The notes beneath the pieces are model-generated. The model had not been told where the DNA came from, made no database searches, and saw nothing but the letters and a program-made list of their open reading frames with translations. From the NCBI GenBank assembly GCA_018238155.1, contig JABCTZ010000006.1, forward strand, positions 7,321 to 71,320: a DNA stretch of 64,000 nucleotides, in the 5' to 3' direction. This document shows positions 8,977-19,714 of this stretch, piece by piece. Source of the DNA: Candidatus Heimdallarchaeota archaeon. GTDB lineage: Archaea > Asgardarchaeota > Heimdallarchaeia > JABLTI01. Position 1 is the stretch's first letter. Every line of letters starts with the position of its first letter. A program made the translations under genes and the position numbers.

Positions 8977-10230
8977 TCATTCAATTATTTTCTCTTGTAC
9001 AAAATCGGGAGTTACAATTACTTTTTTGCGTTCAATCCATTGATGTTTTCGATTTTGGTTTACTATAAGGAGAAGTGAGAGAATCATAAGACTTGCTAGA
9101 TAAATGATTTCAATGAACCCTTCACCAAAAGAGAAATGGGACGTAATCGAGCTAATTCCAAATGGAATTAAAACAACCAGTCCGAAGTATCCAAGAATGA
9201 GAATAAACCATTCCGGACGTAAATTAATCTTTGTTTTCTTTTGTCGAATGTTTGTTTCTCGGGTTTTTGATTTCCTTTTTATCTTTAGTGCGATAAGAAT
9301 TATTCCAACAATAGTGCCAATCCCTGCTAAACCAATGATTACAAAATAAATAATAAAATAGACATTATTAAGGTTGTAATAATTAAAAATTGCACTCAGT
9401 GAAATAATGAAATTCCAAGATGCATGTAGAATTATTGTTAGAATTATTTTTTCTGTTAGAAAATAGATTGCACCAAGAATCAACCCAATTAAAAAAGTGA
9501 TTATAAAATGGATGACAAAGTAATAGAAAGAAAAAGTAAGATTTACTGAGGAATGCGCAAAAGCAAATATCAGACTTGAGAACGTGATTGTAGCATATTT
9601 ATTCATGCTTTTTTTCAAAGTTTGAATCAAAGACCATCGATAAAAAATTTCTTCAGCTATTGGAGCTGCAATAGAAACTAAAACAGTTGCAAAAATAATT
9701 ATTCCAAGATTACCTGAATTAAAAAAGTCATATGGAGTTTCTACGGAAAAATCAGGGAAGAAATGACTTTCAATTTGTGAAATAATTGTTTGTAAACCTG
9801 CAACAATGAAAAATATTAGCGCTAAACCAAAGCTCAAGATTTTTAGGTCTTTCTTTGAGATATTTAATGATTTTTTAGAAGGAATAAATTTTGTTCGTCT
9901 ATTCATTCCAAAAATCATAAAACCGATGATTATAGTTGCGATTAAATTAACTATTAAAAGAGCATAAATAACATTTGTAGAATTCGGGTCATAATGTCCA
10001 TTAGCATCTACCTTGATGATTTGAAAAGTAAGCAAAATCATCAATAGAATTACTCCAAAAAGTGCACCTATAACTTGAAATGATGAATAATAAAATACTG
10101 AGAACCAAAGACCAAAATGCGCGAAGAATTTCTTCACATCAAATTTTTCTTCTGGGTCATTAACAGAATAAGTATCAGTTTGAACCACAGCTGTTTCTTC
10201 TATCATTGGTTTAGACTCTTCGGGTAACAT
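8977..10230 (-). CDS. CPBP (CAAX/Abi) family intramembrane glutamic metalloprotease, multi-TM
   Basis: All three CPBP motifs are present: EEIFYRW, FAFAHS and HASWNF. The rest of the sequence is highly hydrophobic. Confidence 0.8.
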   Translation of the reverse strand: MLPEESKPMIEETAVVQTDTYSVNDPEEKFDVKKFFAHFGLWFSVFYYSSFQVIGALFGVILLMILLTFQIIKVDANGHYDPNSTNVIYALLIVNLIATIIIGFMIFGMNRRTKFIPSKKSLNISKKDLKILSFGLALIFFIVAGLQTIISQIESHFFPDFSVETPYDFFNSGNLGIIIFATVLVSIAAPIAEEIFYRWSLIQTLKKSMNKYATITFSSLIFAFAHSSVNLTFSFYYFVIHFIITFLIGLILGAIYFLTEKIILTIILHASWNFIISLSAIFNYYNLNNVYFIIYFVIIGLAGIGTIVGIILIALKIKRKSKTRETNIRQKKTKINLRPEWFILILGYFGLVVLIPFGISSITSHFSFGEGFIEIIYLASLMILSLLLIVNQNRKHQWIERKKVIVTPDFVQEKIIE

Positions 10231-10336
10231 GCTCGATCCTCGCTTTTTAAAAGATGTAGATAATAACAGCTATTTATTAGATTACAATACATAAATGATG
10301 CAAGAGTTGATAATTCTTGTGGAGATTTGAAAAGTT

Positions 10337-10633
10337 ATGACCTATGATGTTCTATCTTCAATTTTAGGAAATAATGTACCAGTTAAACTCGTGGAATTCT
10401 TCTTAGTGAATACTGAAGGAATGTTTCAATTGACGGATATTGCTAAAATGATTGGTATATCACATTCAAGAGTTCACGATTTGATCGATAATTTGGTGAA
10501 ATATCGCATTGTATTTGAAACAAGACAAAGCAGAACACGGTTATTTGAATTAAATGAAAATAATCCTGTTGTTAAACAGCTCCTCGAATTATATAGAATA
10601 ACAAGAGCATATAAACTTGCAAGTGAATATTAG
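10337..10633 (+). CDS. Small winged-helix DNA-binding protein
   Basis: 98 aa with an HTH-like stretch (LTDIAKMIGISHSRVHDLIDNLVKYRIV). Confidence 0.55.
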   Translation: MTYDVLSSILGNNVPVKLVEFFLVNTEGMFQLTDIAKMIGISHSRVHDLIDNLVKYRIVFETRQSRTRLFELNENNPVVKQLLELYRITRAYKLASEY

Positions 10634-10688
10634 ATATTAACTATTTAGAATGGCAAAAAAATAAAGCAAGCAAGTAAGGTTGGAACAG

Positions 10689-11432
10689 ATGGTTGAAGAA
10701 AACAAAGAAAAAAGGAATTTTTTACTTGATATGATAACAGATGCTCATTCACTCATCTATCAAGGAAAAAAAGATGAAGCACTCCAATGTTTTGATAAAA
10801 TATTGGAAAAATATCCGAGAGAAATATCTGCAGTATATGGAAAAGGAATGACTTATTTTGAATTCGGTGATTTAGAACAAGCAATAGAACAATTTGATAT
10901 TGTTCTTGAGCTGGATTCCAATGAAATAGATTCATTATATGCTAAAGGAGCAATTTTGAGTAAGCTTGGAAAAAACAAGGAAGCATTTACGTTTCTTGAT
11001 AAAGTGGTCGTGTTGGAACCCAAATTACATATTGCTTGGTTAGCAAAAGGGTATATTTTCCTAGATGAGACAAAGTATAACGAAGCGCTAATTTGTTTTT
11101 CAAAAGTAGAAGAATTAGGACAAAAAGACTTAGTATATGTTGGGAAAGGGCATGCTCTTAGGAAATTAGGTAAATTGGAAGAAGCAAAAGCAAACTACAA
11201 ACAAGGAATAGGTATAGATCCATATGATGCTGAGGCTTTGTTTGGTCTTGGAGCTATTGAATACAAAAATGATAATTTGAAACAAGCACTTGATTATCTT
11301 TACAGAAGTGTTATACAAGATGAAGAAATTGTGGATGCTTGGGAAATTTTAGTAGAGGTTTATAGGTTGTTGAAAAAACCTGATAAAGAAAAAATTGCTC
11401 AAGATAAATTGAACACCTTGAAAGAAAAGTAA
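10689..11432 (+). CDS. TPR-repeat protein
   Basis: Consecutive 34-aa TPR units (AVYGKGMTYFEFGDLEQAIEQFDIVLELDS, SLYAKGAILSKLGKNKEAFTFLDKVVVLEP and others). I preferred the ATG at 10689 to the TTG at 10680. Confidence 0.8.
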   Translation: MVEENKEKRNFLLDMITDAHSLIYQGKKDEALQCFDKILEKYPREISAVYGKGMTYFEFGDLEQAIEQFDIVLELDSNEIDSLYAKGAILSKLGKNKEAFTFLDKVVVLEPKLHIAWLAKGYIFLDETKYNEALICFSKVEELGQKDLVYVGKGHALRKLGKLEEAKANYKQGIGIDPYDAEALFGLGAIEYKNDNLKQALDYLYRSVIQDEEIVDAWEILVEVYRLLKKPDKEKIAQDKLNTLKEK

Positions 11433-11547
11433 ACAATCTTTGAACTTTGCTGATCAAACCACGCTAAATTTCAACGAACACAAAAAACTTATCTTTCACT
11501 AAGCTAAAAATAAATTGGAATCAAATTTCCAAGGAAAATAGATAATA

Positions 11548-12237
11548 ATGTTTGTTGTAAAAATTGGTGGTTCAATACTATTTGATAAAGAGTATCAATT
11601 AAAACAAAAATTACTTTCAAATTATGCAAAAACAATTCGTAATATTTTTAGTGAATCCAAGAAAAAATGTGCTATCGTAGTTGGTGGCGGAAAGCTTGCA
11701 AGAAAATATATTGCTGTAACTCGTGCATTGGGTGCAAATGAAGCCTATAATGACATAATGGGTATAGAAGCGGCTAAATTGAACGCAAGATTATTTATTG
11801 GTGCTTTAGGTGATATTGCCTATCCAGAACCTCCTAATAATCTCCAGGAGTTTCATGCATTATTTAACGTAACAGATAAAATCATCATTTGTGGTGGATT
11901 TCAACCAGGACAATCGACAAATGCTGTTGCAGCATCAATTGCTGAAATAGTAACTGCTGAGAAATTATTGAATCTCACAGATGTTGATGGTGTTTATACT
12001 GCTGATCCTGATAAAGACCCAAATGCAAAGCTAATGAAAGAATTAGCAATAAGTGATCTCATATCATTAATCGCAAAACAGACAACAAAAGCAGGTCAAT
12101 ATCCTTTATTTGATAAAACTGCCGTACAAATTGTCCAAAGATCTAAAATCGTTTTGCAATTTATTAATGGGTCCGATCCAGAAAACTTGATGAAAGCAAT
12201 AACTGGAAAACCAATTGGAACACTAATAACTCACTAA
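11548..12237 (+). CDS. pyrH: Uridylate (UMP) kinase, archaeal type
   Basis: Amino-acid kinase fold: MFVVKIGGSILFD, VVGGGKLAR, ICGGFQPGQSTNAVAA, LTDVDGVYTADP. Confidence 0.9.
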   Translation: MFVVKIGGSILFDKEYQLKQKLLSNYAKTIRNIFSESKKKCAIVVGGGKLARKYIAVTRALGANEAYNDIMGIEAAKLNARLFIGALGDIAYPEPPNNLQEFHALFNVTDKIIICGGFQPGQSTNAVAASIAEIVTAEKLLNLTDVDGVYTADPDKDPNAKLMKELAISDLISLIAKQTTKAGQYPLFDKTAVQIVQRSKIVLQFINGSDPENLMKAITGKPIGTLITH

Positions 12238-12290
12238 TTTGAAATTAAATTGTTAACTAGAAAAGCAACAATTATCTATTTTCTTTTTCC

Positions 12291-13967
12291 TTGGGTATTT
12301 GGAAAAAGGATGCAAAAATAATGACTGTTGTAAAAAAAGAGGAAGAAGAACAAGATGAATCTTCAGCTGTTGTTGAAGAGGAATATGAAACCAAAAAACA
12401 AACCCCTCGAAAAAAAGAATTGAAACAAGAAAAAGAAAAAGTGAAAGAGGATTCTGATACTGCTCAAGAAATGGTTGCTGAAGATAATCTTGAAGGAGAA
12501 GAACAAGAAAAATCTGAGGGAGAAGTATCGCCCAAATTTGATAAAGATGAGTATATCTATCAAAAATTAGTTAAGAAACGAAATCATGTTTATTCTTGTA
12601 TAGCAAATGTTTTGAAAAATTACAATAGAAAAAAGGTCCTAGATGCTTTTATTCCTGAGCGGGAGAAATTGGCCTTGAATCTTGCAACTATTCTAATGAC
12701 AAAGGATGGATTATCTGCAAGTGATTTCAGCAATTTATTAACCTACAGCTCAGAAGGTAAACAGGATATGCTGACAACAAATGAAATAATAGCTTTATCC
12801 GCAATTAATTTTCTTATTAATCAAGTTCATTTTCTATCCAAAGAAGGTGAAGGGAAATTGGCGTTTTCAAAAGAAGCAAAAAAACACTTGATGGAATTGG
12901 CTATAGACTGGGCAAAATTACGTGATCAAGCATTTATGTTCTCAAACGGCATGATAAAATTGGAATATGAATTACATGAAGAACTTCACTTTATCAAAAC
13001 GGAATTATATCATGAAACCGAATTGAAATTGAAAAGTATTGGTATTTCTCAAGATACAGGAGCAACTACGAAACTTCGTGAATTGCGAGATCAAAGACGA
13101 AAAATATCTGATAGAACAATTCAAGAATTGAATGATATGGTACGTTCTTGGCATAGTGAGATTGCTTATTTAAGAAGAATCACTGAATTCTATGCCTCAA
13201 TGAGACAATTAACAGAAGAAGAAGTTGAAGCATTATCCATCTTGTTTGAAAACTTTGGTAGCTTGATGTCCTTATCTAACTTAAAGAAACCATTTAAAGA
13301 AATGAAGATGTCAGTGATAGACGATTTACGCAACAAAAGCAAGAAACTCAATCCTTTAGAGGAGATGCGATTATTACTCTATGAAACAATAATAAAGTTT
13401 CAACTTGGTAGAGAAAACGTCCCATATTTCCTTTGTAGAAAAATAACAAAAAATAAAGAGGATTACTTACAAATACAAATTATATCCTTATTGTTATTTT
13501 CACGATTCTGTAACTCTTATAGTGAAACAACTAGAAGTAAAAAAGCACACGACCTTGAATTGATAACTTCTGAAATTGCAACACTATCTGGTTGGGAAAT
13601 TGTTGATCAGAATGTGGAAATTCTAAGTGAAGGAGACACCGTAACAGAAATTGATATTATTATTAAACGGAAAAAAACCACCATTGTTATTGAAGTTAAA
13701 GATTTAGCATTATGGCGTGGCTGGTATTTTGATCGAGAGAGTTTAACTAAAAGATATGAGATTTTCAATATAGCAGCAAAGAAATTAAGGGAACGTCGAC
13801 TATTACTAAAACTCCCTACAGCTAAATTACTAATTGTAACAGCTTTAAGTGAGCGTTGGAAAAAGGCTGATAATTTACCAATTGTCCCTCTAAAATCATT
13901 TCATAAATACTTGAAGAAACTAAAAAGATTAGAAAATAAACGCTCAAGTAAACCTAAGAGAAGATAA
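12291..13967 (+). CDS. Hypothetical protein with a charged N-terminus, a helical middle and a C-terminal PD-(D/E)xK nuclease-like domain
   Basis: The C-terminal segment TEIDIIIKRKKTTIVIEVKD fits the D...E-x-K restriction-endonuclease-fold motif. The alternative ATG start is at 12321. Confidence 0.6.
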   Translation: MGIWKKDAKIMTVVKKEEEEQDESSAVVEEEYETKKQTPRKKELKQEKEKVKEDSDTAQEMVAEDNLEGEEQEKSEGEVSPKFDKDEYIYQKLVKKRNHVYSCIANVLKNYNRKKVLDAFIPEREKLALNLATILMTKDGLSASDFSNLLTYSSEGKQDMLTTNEIIALSAINFLINQVHFLSKEGEGKLAFSKEAKKHLMELAIDWAKLRDQAFMFSNGMIKLEYELHEELHFIKTELYHETELKLKSIGISQDTGATTKLRELRDQRRKISDRTIQELNDMVRSWHSEIAYLRRITEFYASMRQLTEEEVEALSILFENFGSLMSLSNLKKPFKEMKMSVIDDLRNKSKKLNPLEEMRLLLYETIIKFQLGRENVPYFLCRKITKNKEDYLQIQIISLLLFSRFCNSYSETTRSKKAHDLELITSEIATLSGWEIVDQNVEILSEGDTVTEIDIIIKRKKTTIVIEVKDLALWRGWYFDRESLTKRYEIFNIAAKKLRERRLLLKLPTAKLLIVTALSERWKKADNLPIVPLKSFHKYLKKLKRLENKRSSKPKRR

Positions 13968-13973
13968 TTCTTC

Positions 13974-14708
13974 TCAATCTTTATTTTCTTGATTAGATTC
14001 GATTTTTATTGGTGTTTCAATGTTATTTTTATTATCAATACTTTGCATGAAATCGAATCTTCGGAGTAGATCGAAGAAGATTAAAATCTCAATCATACAT
14101 GCAAGAAAAGCAAGTGTTCGCATAATTGAAAACGCTACTATGCTAGATTCGTAATCAACTTGAAGAAGATTTAGAAAATTTGAAATTGGATAAATTAAGG
14201 CAAGAACACCAAATATGTAAGGGAATAAACTTTTACCTCTGCCGATATTTGCTCTGCTCTTTAATCTTCTTTGGAATATATCAAAGACAATGAATACTAT
14301 AATCAAAAGTAAACTTGTAATTAACTCAAAGGTATAAAACGTATTGTTCATGTAGTCTTCGATGGGAACAGGTATTAGTTGTGTAAATTTGAAGGAAATA
14401 TAAGCAATTTTGATACACACGTAGGAGAAAAGAGCTCCTGAAGCAATAACTGCTAATTTGCTAATTTTAATATAATGAATGCTTAACATCAACATTCCAG
14501 TTGCTAGAACACAAGCAAATAACGTAAAGAGAACATTAGTAATTATGTTTTCAATAAGGTTGAATTTTGTAGCACTTTTTTCAACAAAAGTAGTATTATA
14601 TAGAACAAATCGAATCAAAGTCCAAGCAGTATCTATAACTATTAACGGGATAAGCATTTGAGTTCCGATTTTTGCAGTTCTTTGTGCGTATTTGAAATTG
14701 ATCCCCAT
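13974..14708 (-). CDS. Integral membrane protein (about 7 hydrophobic segments), unknown function
   Basis: 244-aa ORF dominated by hydrophobic helices, with no catalytic motif recognised. Confidence 0.55.
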   Translation of the reverse strand: MGINFKYAQRTAKIGTQMLIPLIVIDTAWTLIRFVLYNTTFVEKSATKFNLIENIITNVLFTLFACVLATGMLMLSIHYIKISKLAVIASGALFSYVCIKIAYISFKFTQLIPVPIEDYMNNTFYTFELITSLLLIIVFIVFDIFQRRLKSRANIGRGKSLFPYIFGVLALIYPISNFLNLLQVDYESSIVAFSIMRTLAFLACMIEILIFFDLLRRFDFMQSIDNKNNIETPIKIESNQENKD

Positions 14709-15076
14709 TAATATCTTCCACCGATGAGTTGTCTTTCAAAACTATGAAGATAATATTAGCAAAAGATTTCAAGTTTTAGTACTATTAAAATGATTTGCCT
14801 AGTGGTAAAATTCTATCAATCTTTAACCGATTTTACTTTACTTTCTAATATACAATAACCAAAATTTCATTAGAAAGTTAATTCCTCACATAAAAATAAT
14901 TACTCACATAAATAGATATATTTAAAACGTTTGTTTTACTAAAGAGAATTAGTAAATAAGAATAACTTATCAGTCAGAAATTTTCTCAATTGAAGATACA
15001 TTAAAATAACACTTGGTAAGAAAACTACAAAATAACAGAGAAAAACTGATTAAATGAAATAGGAGTAAGAAACACT

Positions 15077-15811
15077 ATGACTGATTCAAATAATAGTGAG
15101 AAACAAAAAAACAATCAAATCAATGATTCTAAGGAAGAACTCATTACTACAAATGACAATAAATTTGAAGCTCATACAAGAATTCAAGAAATTTTGAAAA
15201 AAATCGACGAAACTCCTAAAGCAAAAAAACTCCTAAAAGAATTTGATGGAAAATTCAAAGATATTAGCATTAAGGATATACTAGAAACTGATGAAAAACT
15301 TTTGGAAGAACTTCTAAAGGTTAAAAAAGAACGAAAGGAATACTTAGAATCTCTACAAAGATTCAAAGCAGATTTTGAGAACTACAAAAAACGTGCGCAA
15401 AAACAAGAGGAAAGCAATATTCGGTATTCATCTGAAAGAATACTTTCCAAAGTCTTTGAGCCAATTGATGACTTGGGCAGAATTATTGATTTTGCAATTA
15501 AAAATAGTGAAGAAAAAGTACCCTTGGATGGATTAGAAATTACCTACAAAAAACTGTTAAGAATTTTGGGAGAAGAAGATGTTTCAATTATTGATCCTCA
15601 ACCTGGTGATTCTTTTGATCCAATGTTCCACGAGGCAGTTTGTGTTGACAATTCTGATAAATTCCGTGCTAATGAAATTGCTCAGCAATTTGAGAAGGGT
15701 TACAAGATAAAGGACCGAGTTATTCGAGCCTCTAAGGTCATGGTCTCTTCAGAAGAAAAGATCGAAGAAAAGATCGAAGAAAAGAAACAAAACGAAACAA
15801 AAAAAGATTAG
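15077..15811 (+). CDS. grpE: Nucleotide exchange factor GrpE
   Basis: GrpE core [18 protein letters not shown] ... FDPMFHEAV ... [17 protein letters not shown]. It lies immediately upstream of dnaK. Confidence 0.9.
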   Translation: MTDSNNSEKQKNNQINDSKEELITTNDNKFEAHTRIQEILKKIDETPKAKKLLKEFDGKFKDISIKDILETDEKLLEELLKVKKERKEYLESLQRFKADFENYKKRAQKQEESNIRYSSERILSKVFEPIDDLGRIIDFAIKNSEEKVPLDGLEITYKKLLRILGEEDVSIIDPQPGDSFDPMFHEAVCVDNSDKFRANEIAQQFEKGYKIKDRVIRASKVMVSSEEKIEEKIEEKKQNETKKD

Positions 15812-15839
15812 AATAAAAAAAATAATTGGTGAAAATAAA

Positions 15840-17717
15840 ATGGCAAAAGTTGTAGGTATAGATTTAGGAACAACAAATTCAGCAATTGCATTTATGGAAG
15901 GAGGTAATCCAACTATCATTCCAAATGCAGAAGGAGGAAGAATTACTCCCTCAATTGTTACTATTACAAAAGATGGAGAACAAATAGTAGGTGAAATTGC
16001 TAAACGACAAGCAATCTCCAAGCCTGAGAGAACAATTCGTTCTATAAAACGGAAGATGGGTTCAACTTACAAGGTAACTATTGACAAAACATCTTATACC
16101 CCACAAGAAATCTCAGCTATGATTTTACGTAAATTGAAAAAAGATGCTGAAGACTATCTTGGAGAGGAAATAAAAGAGGTAGTTATTACTTGTCCAGCGT
16201 ACTTTACCGATAGTCAGAGACAAGCTACTAAAGATGCTGGAAAAATCGCTGGTCTCGAAGTTTTAAGAATCATTAATGAACCAACATCAGCATGTCTTGC
16301 GTATGGTGTTGGAAAGAATAAAGAAGAAACAATTCTCGTTTTTGATCTTGGTGGTGGAACATTTGATGTTTCAATTCTTGAAACTGCTGAAGGACTTTTT
16401 GAAGTAAAAGCAACCAGTGGAAATACGCTCCTAGGTGGAGATGATTTTGATGATCGCATTATGAAAGCGGTATATGATTATTTCAAAAAAGAAGCAGGAG
16501 TTGATTTGACTAAAGATGCTTCTGCTATTCAAAGAGTAAAAGAAGCCTCTGAAAAAGCTAAGATTGAGCTTTCCACTAAGCAAAGAGCAACAATTGATAT
16601 TCCTTACATCACTGTCGATAAAAATGGCAAACCAAAGAATCTCAATTATGAAATTACAAGAGCACAATTCCAGGGAATGACTGCAGATCTAGTAGAAAAA
16701 ACCATGGGACCAACTCGACAAGCAATGAAAGATTCCAAGAAAAAACCTGCAGACATTGACAAAGTTCTGCTTGTAGGTGGCGCAACAAGAATGCCTGCAA
16801 TCAGAGAGGAAATCGCTAAAATGTTTGGTGAAGAGAAAATCTTCAAAGGAATTAATCCTGATGAATGTGTTGCAGTAGGTGCAGCAATTCAAGCTGGCGT
16901 TATTAAAGGCGATGTAAAAGATGTTTTACTTTTAGATGTAACTCCATTATCATTAGGAATTGAAACCTTGGGACAAGTTTACACTCCAATGGTTGATAGA
17001 AATACTACTATTCCTACAAGCAAGAGTCAAATTTTCTCAACTGCAGCCGAAAATCAACCAAGTGTTGAAATTCATGTGCTACAGGGAGAACGAAAATTTG
17101 TTAAGGACAACAAAACCTTAGGGAAATTCCAATTAGTTGGCATTCCTCCTGCTCCAAGAGGCGTTCCACAAATTGAAGTAACTTTTGATATTGATGTCAA
17201 TGGCATTGTCTCAGTGAAAGCAAAAGACATGGGTACTGGAAATGAACAAAAGGTAACAGTAACTTCCCCAAGTGGAATTCATAAAGATGATATTGAGCGA
17301 ATGGTTAAAGATGCAGAACAATATGAAGCTGAAGATCAAATACGCTTAGATGCTGTGCAATTAAAGAACGAAGCTGATGCTCTTGTTTATGGTGTAGATA
17401 AAACTCTCAAAGATCTGGAAGGAAAAATCAGTGAAGATGAAGTGAGCCAAATCAAAGAAAAACAAGAAGAATTAAAGCAGGCACTGACCACTGATAACAT
17501 CGATCAAATTAAACAGAAGAAAGATGCTTTGATGGAAACATTGAATGAAATCGTTTCAAAAGTTTACCAGCAAGCAGGTGGACAACCTGGAGCAGCTGGA
17601 TTTGATCCAAGTCAATTTGCTAAAGATGCCGGCGCATCCTTTACTCCTCCTGGCACCTCAGCAGAACCTGAACATGTAGTTGATGTTGATTACGAAGTCA
17701 CAGATGATGACGAATAG
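15840..17717 (+). CDS. dnaK: Hsp70 chaperone DnaK
   Basis: Canonical motifs are present: [32 protein letters not shown], and the [23 protein letters not shown] substrate-binding domain. Confidence 0.97.
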   Translation: MAKVVGIDLGTTNSAIAFMEGGNPTIIPNAEGGRITPSIVTITKDGEQIVGEIAKRQAISKPERTIRSIKRKMGSTYKVTIDKTSYTPQEISAMILRKLKKDAEDYLGEEIKEVVITCPAYFTDSQRQATKDAGKIAGLEVLRIINEPTSACLAYGVGKNKEETILVFDLGGGTFDVSILETAEGLFEVKATSGNTLLGGDDFDDRIMKAVYDYFKKEAGVDLTKDASAIQRVKEASEKAKIELSTKQRATIDIPYITVDKNGKPKNLNYEITRAQFQGMTADLVEKTMGPTRQAMKDSKKKPADIDKVLLVGGATRMPAIREEIAKMFGEEKIFKGINPDECVAVGAAIQAGVIKGDVKDVLLLDVTPLSLGIETLGQVYTPMVDRNTTIPTSKSQIFSTAAENQPSVEIHVLQGERKFVKDNKTLGKFQLVGIPPAPRGVPQIEVTFDIDVNGIVSVKAKDMGTGNEQKVTVTSPSGIHKDDIERMVKDAEQYEAEDQIRLDAVQLKNEADALVYGVDKTLKDLEGKISEDEVSQIKEKQEELKQALTTDNIDQIKQKKDALMETLNEIVSKVYQQAGGQPGAAGFDPSQFAKDAGASFTPPGTSAEPEHVVDVDYEVTDDDE

Positions 17718-17727
17718 AAATAATTTT

Positions 17728-17775
17728 GGAAGTAGAACTACTTCCATACAATTCTTTTTTATTATCTTTTTTTTA
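17728..17775 (+). terminator. Hairpin (8-bp stem) followed by T-rich tracts after dnaK
   Basis: ggaagtag-aa-ctacttcc is followed by attcttttttattatctttttttt. Confidence 0.5.
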
Positions 17776-17807
17776 GAAAATAATGATAGTTAGTGTTCAC
17801 TTTGAAA

Positions 17808-18662
17808 TTACAGTGGAACTTTCTTACCATATTTATCTCGACCAAATTTTCCGAAATCAGATACCTTTTGAAGCTGATCTTGATTTAAAACAGGACCATC
17901 TATACATAACCGTAAACCGAGAGGATCTACAGTACATTGTCCACATAATCCTATTGCACATTTGAAATAACGATCGGCTAAACAAGCTTGAAATGGGATA
18001 TTTCTTGCTTCTGTAATTTTGAATGCAGAGCACATCATTAATTCTGGTCCACAAGAATAAACATTATCGTATATTGCTCCTTCATCAAAACTTGATTCAA
18101 AACAACTGGTAGAAAAGCCTTCATATCCACATGATCCGTCATCAGTGCTTGGTTTATAGGTAAAGTTAGTATTTTTGTTTTCTAATTTTTCAAAATACTC
18201 TTTGTAAGCTAGTTCCTCTACAGCTCTTGCACCATGAAACAAAGTTACTTCTAGCTTATTGCTAAGAGCTTCTTTTACAAGAAATTTTGTTGGAGCTATT
18301 CCGGTGCCACCTCCAATAATGGCTACTTTTTTAGCTTTGAGAATGAAACCTTTGCCATATGGTCCTCGTATTCCTAAAAGATCACCCTTTTTTAATCTAT
18401 GAATTGCTTCAGTTGCTTTCCCTATTTTAGCAACAGCAAAAGATAAGGTTCCTTTAATAGGATTACAACCAGCTATTCCCATTGGTTTTTCATCTACTCC
18501 ATAAAGCCATAACATTGCAAATTGTCCGGGTGAAGCGAATTTAGCTATTTCAGGAATAGTTAAAGTGATTGATTTTATTGGCACCCTACAATCTTCTGGT
18601 GTAAGGTTGGTAATTTCATTAATAGGAGCAACTTTCAGTGATCCAAGTTTCTGTATCGTCAT
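17808..18662 (-). CDS. pyrK: Dihydroorotate dehydrogenase electron-transfer subunit (FAD/[2Fe-2S])
   Basis: Ferredoxin-reductase-like fold (GGGTGIAP). The C-terminal cluster is CAIGLCGQCTVDPLGLRLCIDGP. It lies directly downstream of pyrD. Confidence 0.88.
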   Translation of the reverse strand: MTIQKLGSLKVAPINEITNLTPEDCRVPIKSITLTIPEIAKFASPGQFAMLWLYGVDEKPMGIAGCNPIKGTLSFAVAKIGKATEAIHRLKKGDLLGIRGPYGKGFILKAKKVAIIGGGTGIAPTKFLVKEALSNKLEVTLFHGARAVEELAYKEYFEKLENKNTNFTYKPSTDDGSCGYEGFSTSCFESSFDEGAIYDNVYSCGPELMMCSAFKITEARNIPFQACLADRYFKCAIGLCGQCTVDPLGLRLCIDGPVLNQDQLQKVSDFGKFGRDKYGKKVPL

Positions 18663-18679
18663 TTTTTTTTCTCCCTGAA

Positions 18680-19609
18680 CTAATCGGTGTGTGCAAGTCC
18701 TATTAGATCTGAAGCTTTCTTGAACCCTTCAGTTCTCAAATATTGTCGTAATCCTTCTGCTAAATCATTGAATATTGATATCTTCAGTGGATCTTGACAA
18801 TATGCTAATGCTGTTCCTATTTGAACTGCAGAGGCACCTGCTAGCATAAATTCAACAACATCTTCCCATTTTGAAACTCCACCTACACCAACTATTGGTA
18901 TTTTTTCTCCGAAAGCTGAATAAAGATCAAAGATGCATTTCATAGCAATAGGTTTCACTGCAGTACCAGATAGTCCGCCAAATTTATTGGCAAGAATTGG
19001 TTTCCGGTATTTAATATCAATAGCCATCGCTCGAACAGTATTGATAACAACTAAGGCATCTGCACCACCATCAATTGCTGCTTGAGCTGGTATTGTAAGA
19101 TCCGTTAAATTAGGAGAAATTTTAACCAAGATTGGTTTTGAAACAACCTCTTTGACTTTTTGAGTAATTTCCTTAACCATATCAGGATCTTGACCAATTA
19201 TTGCTCCATAACGACCTCCATGTGGGCATGAAATATTCAATTCATAAGCATCTGGATTTCCTTTGGAAAGTGTTTTAGCTACTTGAACAAATTCAGTAGC
19301 TGTCTTCCCAAAAATACTTGCTATTATTGGTACATTAGTACGATTCTTTGTTTCTTTAATTTCCTCATGAAAGGCATCGCAACCCGGATTTGGTAATCCC
19401 ATAGCATTTAGTAGCGACCCATTACCTAATTCAACAACAGTTGGGTTAACATAACCCGATTTTGGTTCGGGTCCAATAGACTTTGTAACAATAGCTCCAC
19501 AACCCATTTCAGCAATGCGGGTCATTACAGAAGCTGTTACACCTAAAACACCAGAAGCTAGCATGAAGGGATTATTCATCTTAATATTGGAAAGGGTTGT
19601 TTTAATCAA
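18680..19609 (-). CDS. pyrD: Dihydroorotate dehydrogenase (class 1B) catalytic subunit
   Basis: TIM-barrel DHODH motifs are present: NPFMLASGV, ELNISCPHGG, GGLSG.A.KPIA, GVGGV. Confidence 0.92.
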   Translation of the reverse strand: MIKTTLSNIKMNNPFMLASGVLGVTASVMTRIAEMGCGAIVTKSIGPEPKSGYVNPTVVELGNGSLLNAMGLPNPGCDAFHEEIKETKNRTNVPIIASIFGKTATEFVQVAKTLSKGNPDAYELNISCPHGGRYGAIIGQDPDMVKEITQKVKEVVSKPILVKISPNLTDLTIPAQAAIDGGADALVVINTVRAMAIDIKYRKPILANKFGGLSGTAVKPIAMKCIFDLYSAFGEKIPIVGVGGVSKWEDVVEFMLAGASAVQIGTALAYCQDPLKISIFNDLAEGLRQYLRTEGFKKASDLIGLAHTD

Positions 19610-19714
19610 CTACTAGTATCTCCTCTATAGAGAATTAAGCTCAACATTTAAAAAAATATTTGCGAGAAAATGAAAGAGAAAAAAAGAGAAAAGATGGTTG
19701 GAAAAACAATTACC

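Noticed and set aside
15749-16892. Several 66-90 aa minus-strand ORFs across dnaK
   Set aside because: They are antisense to an unambiguous DnaK coding sequence.
17783-18054. 60-aa plus-strand and 65-aa minus-strand ORFs at the 3' end of pyrK
   Set aside because: They overlap the PyrK C-terminal [2Fe-2S] region, which is clearly coding in its own frame.
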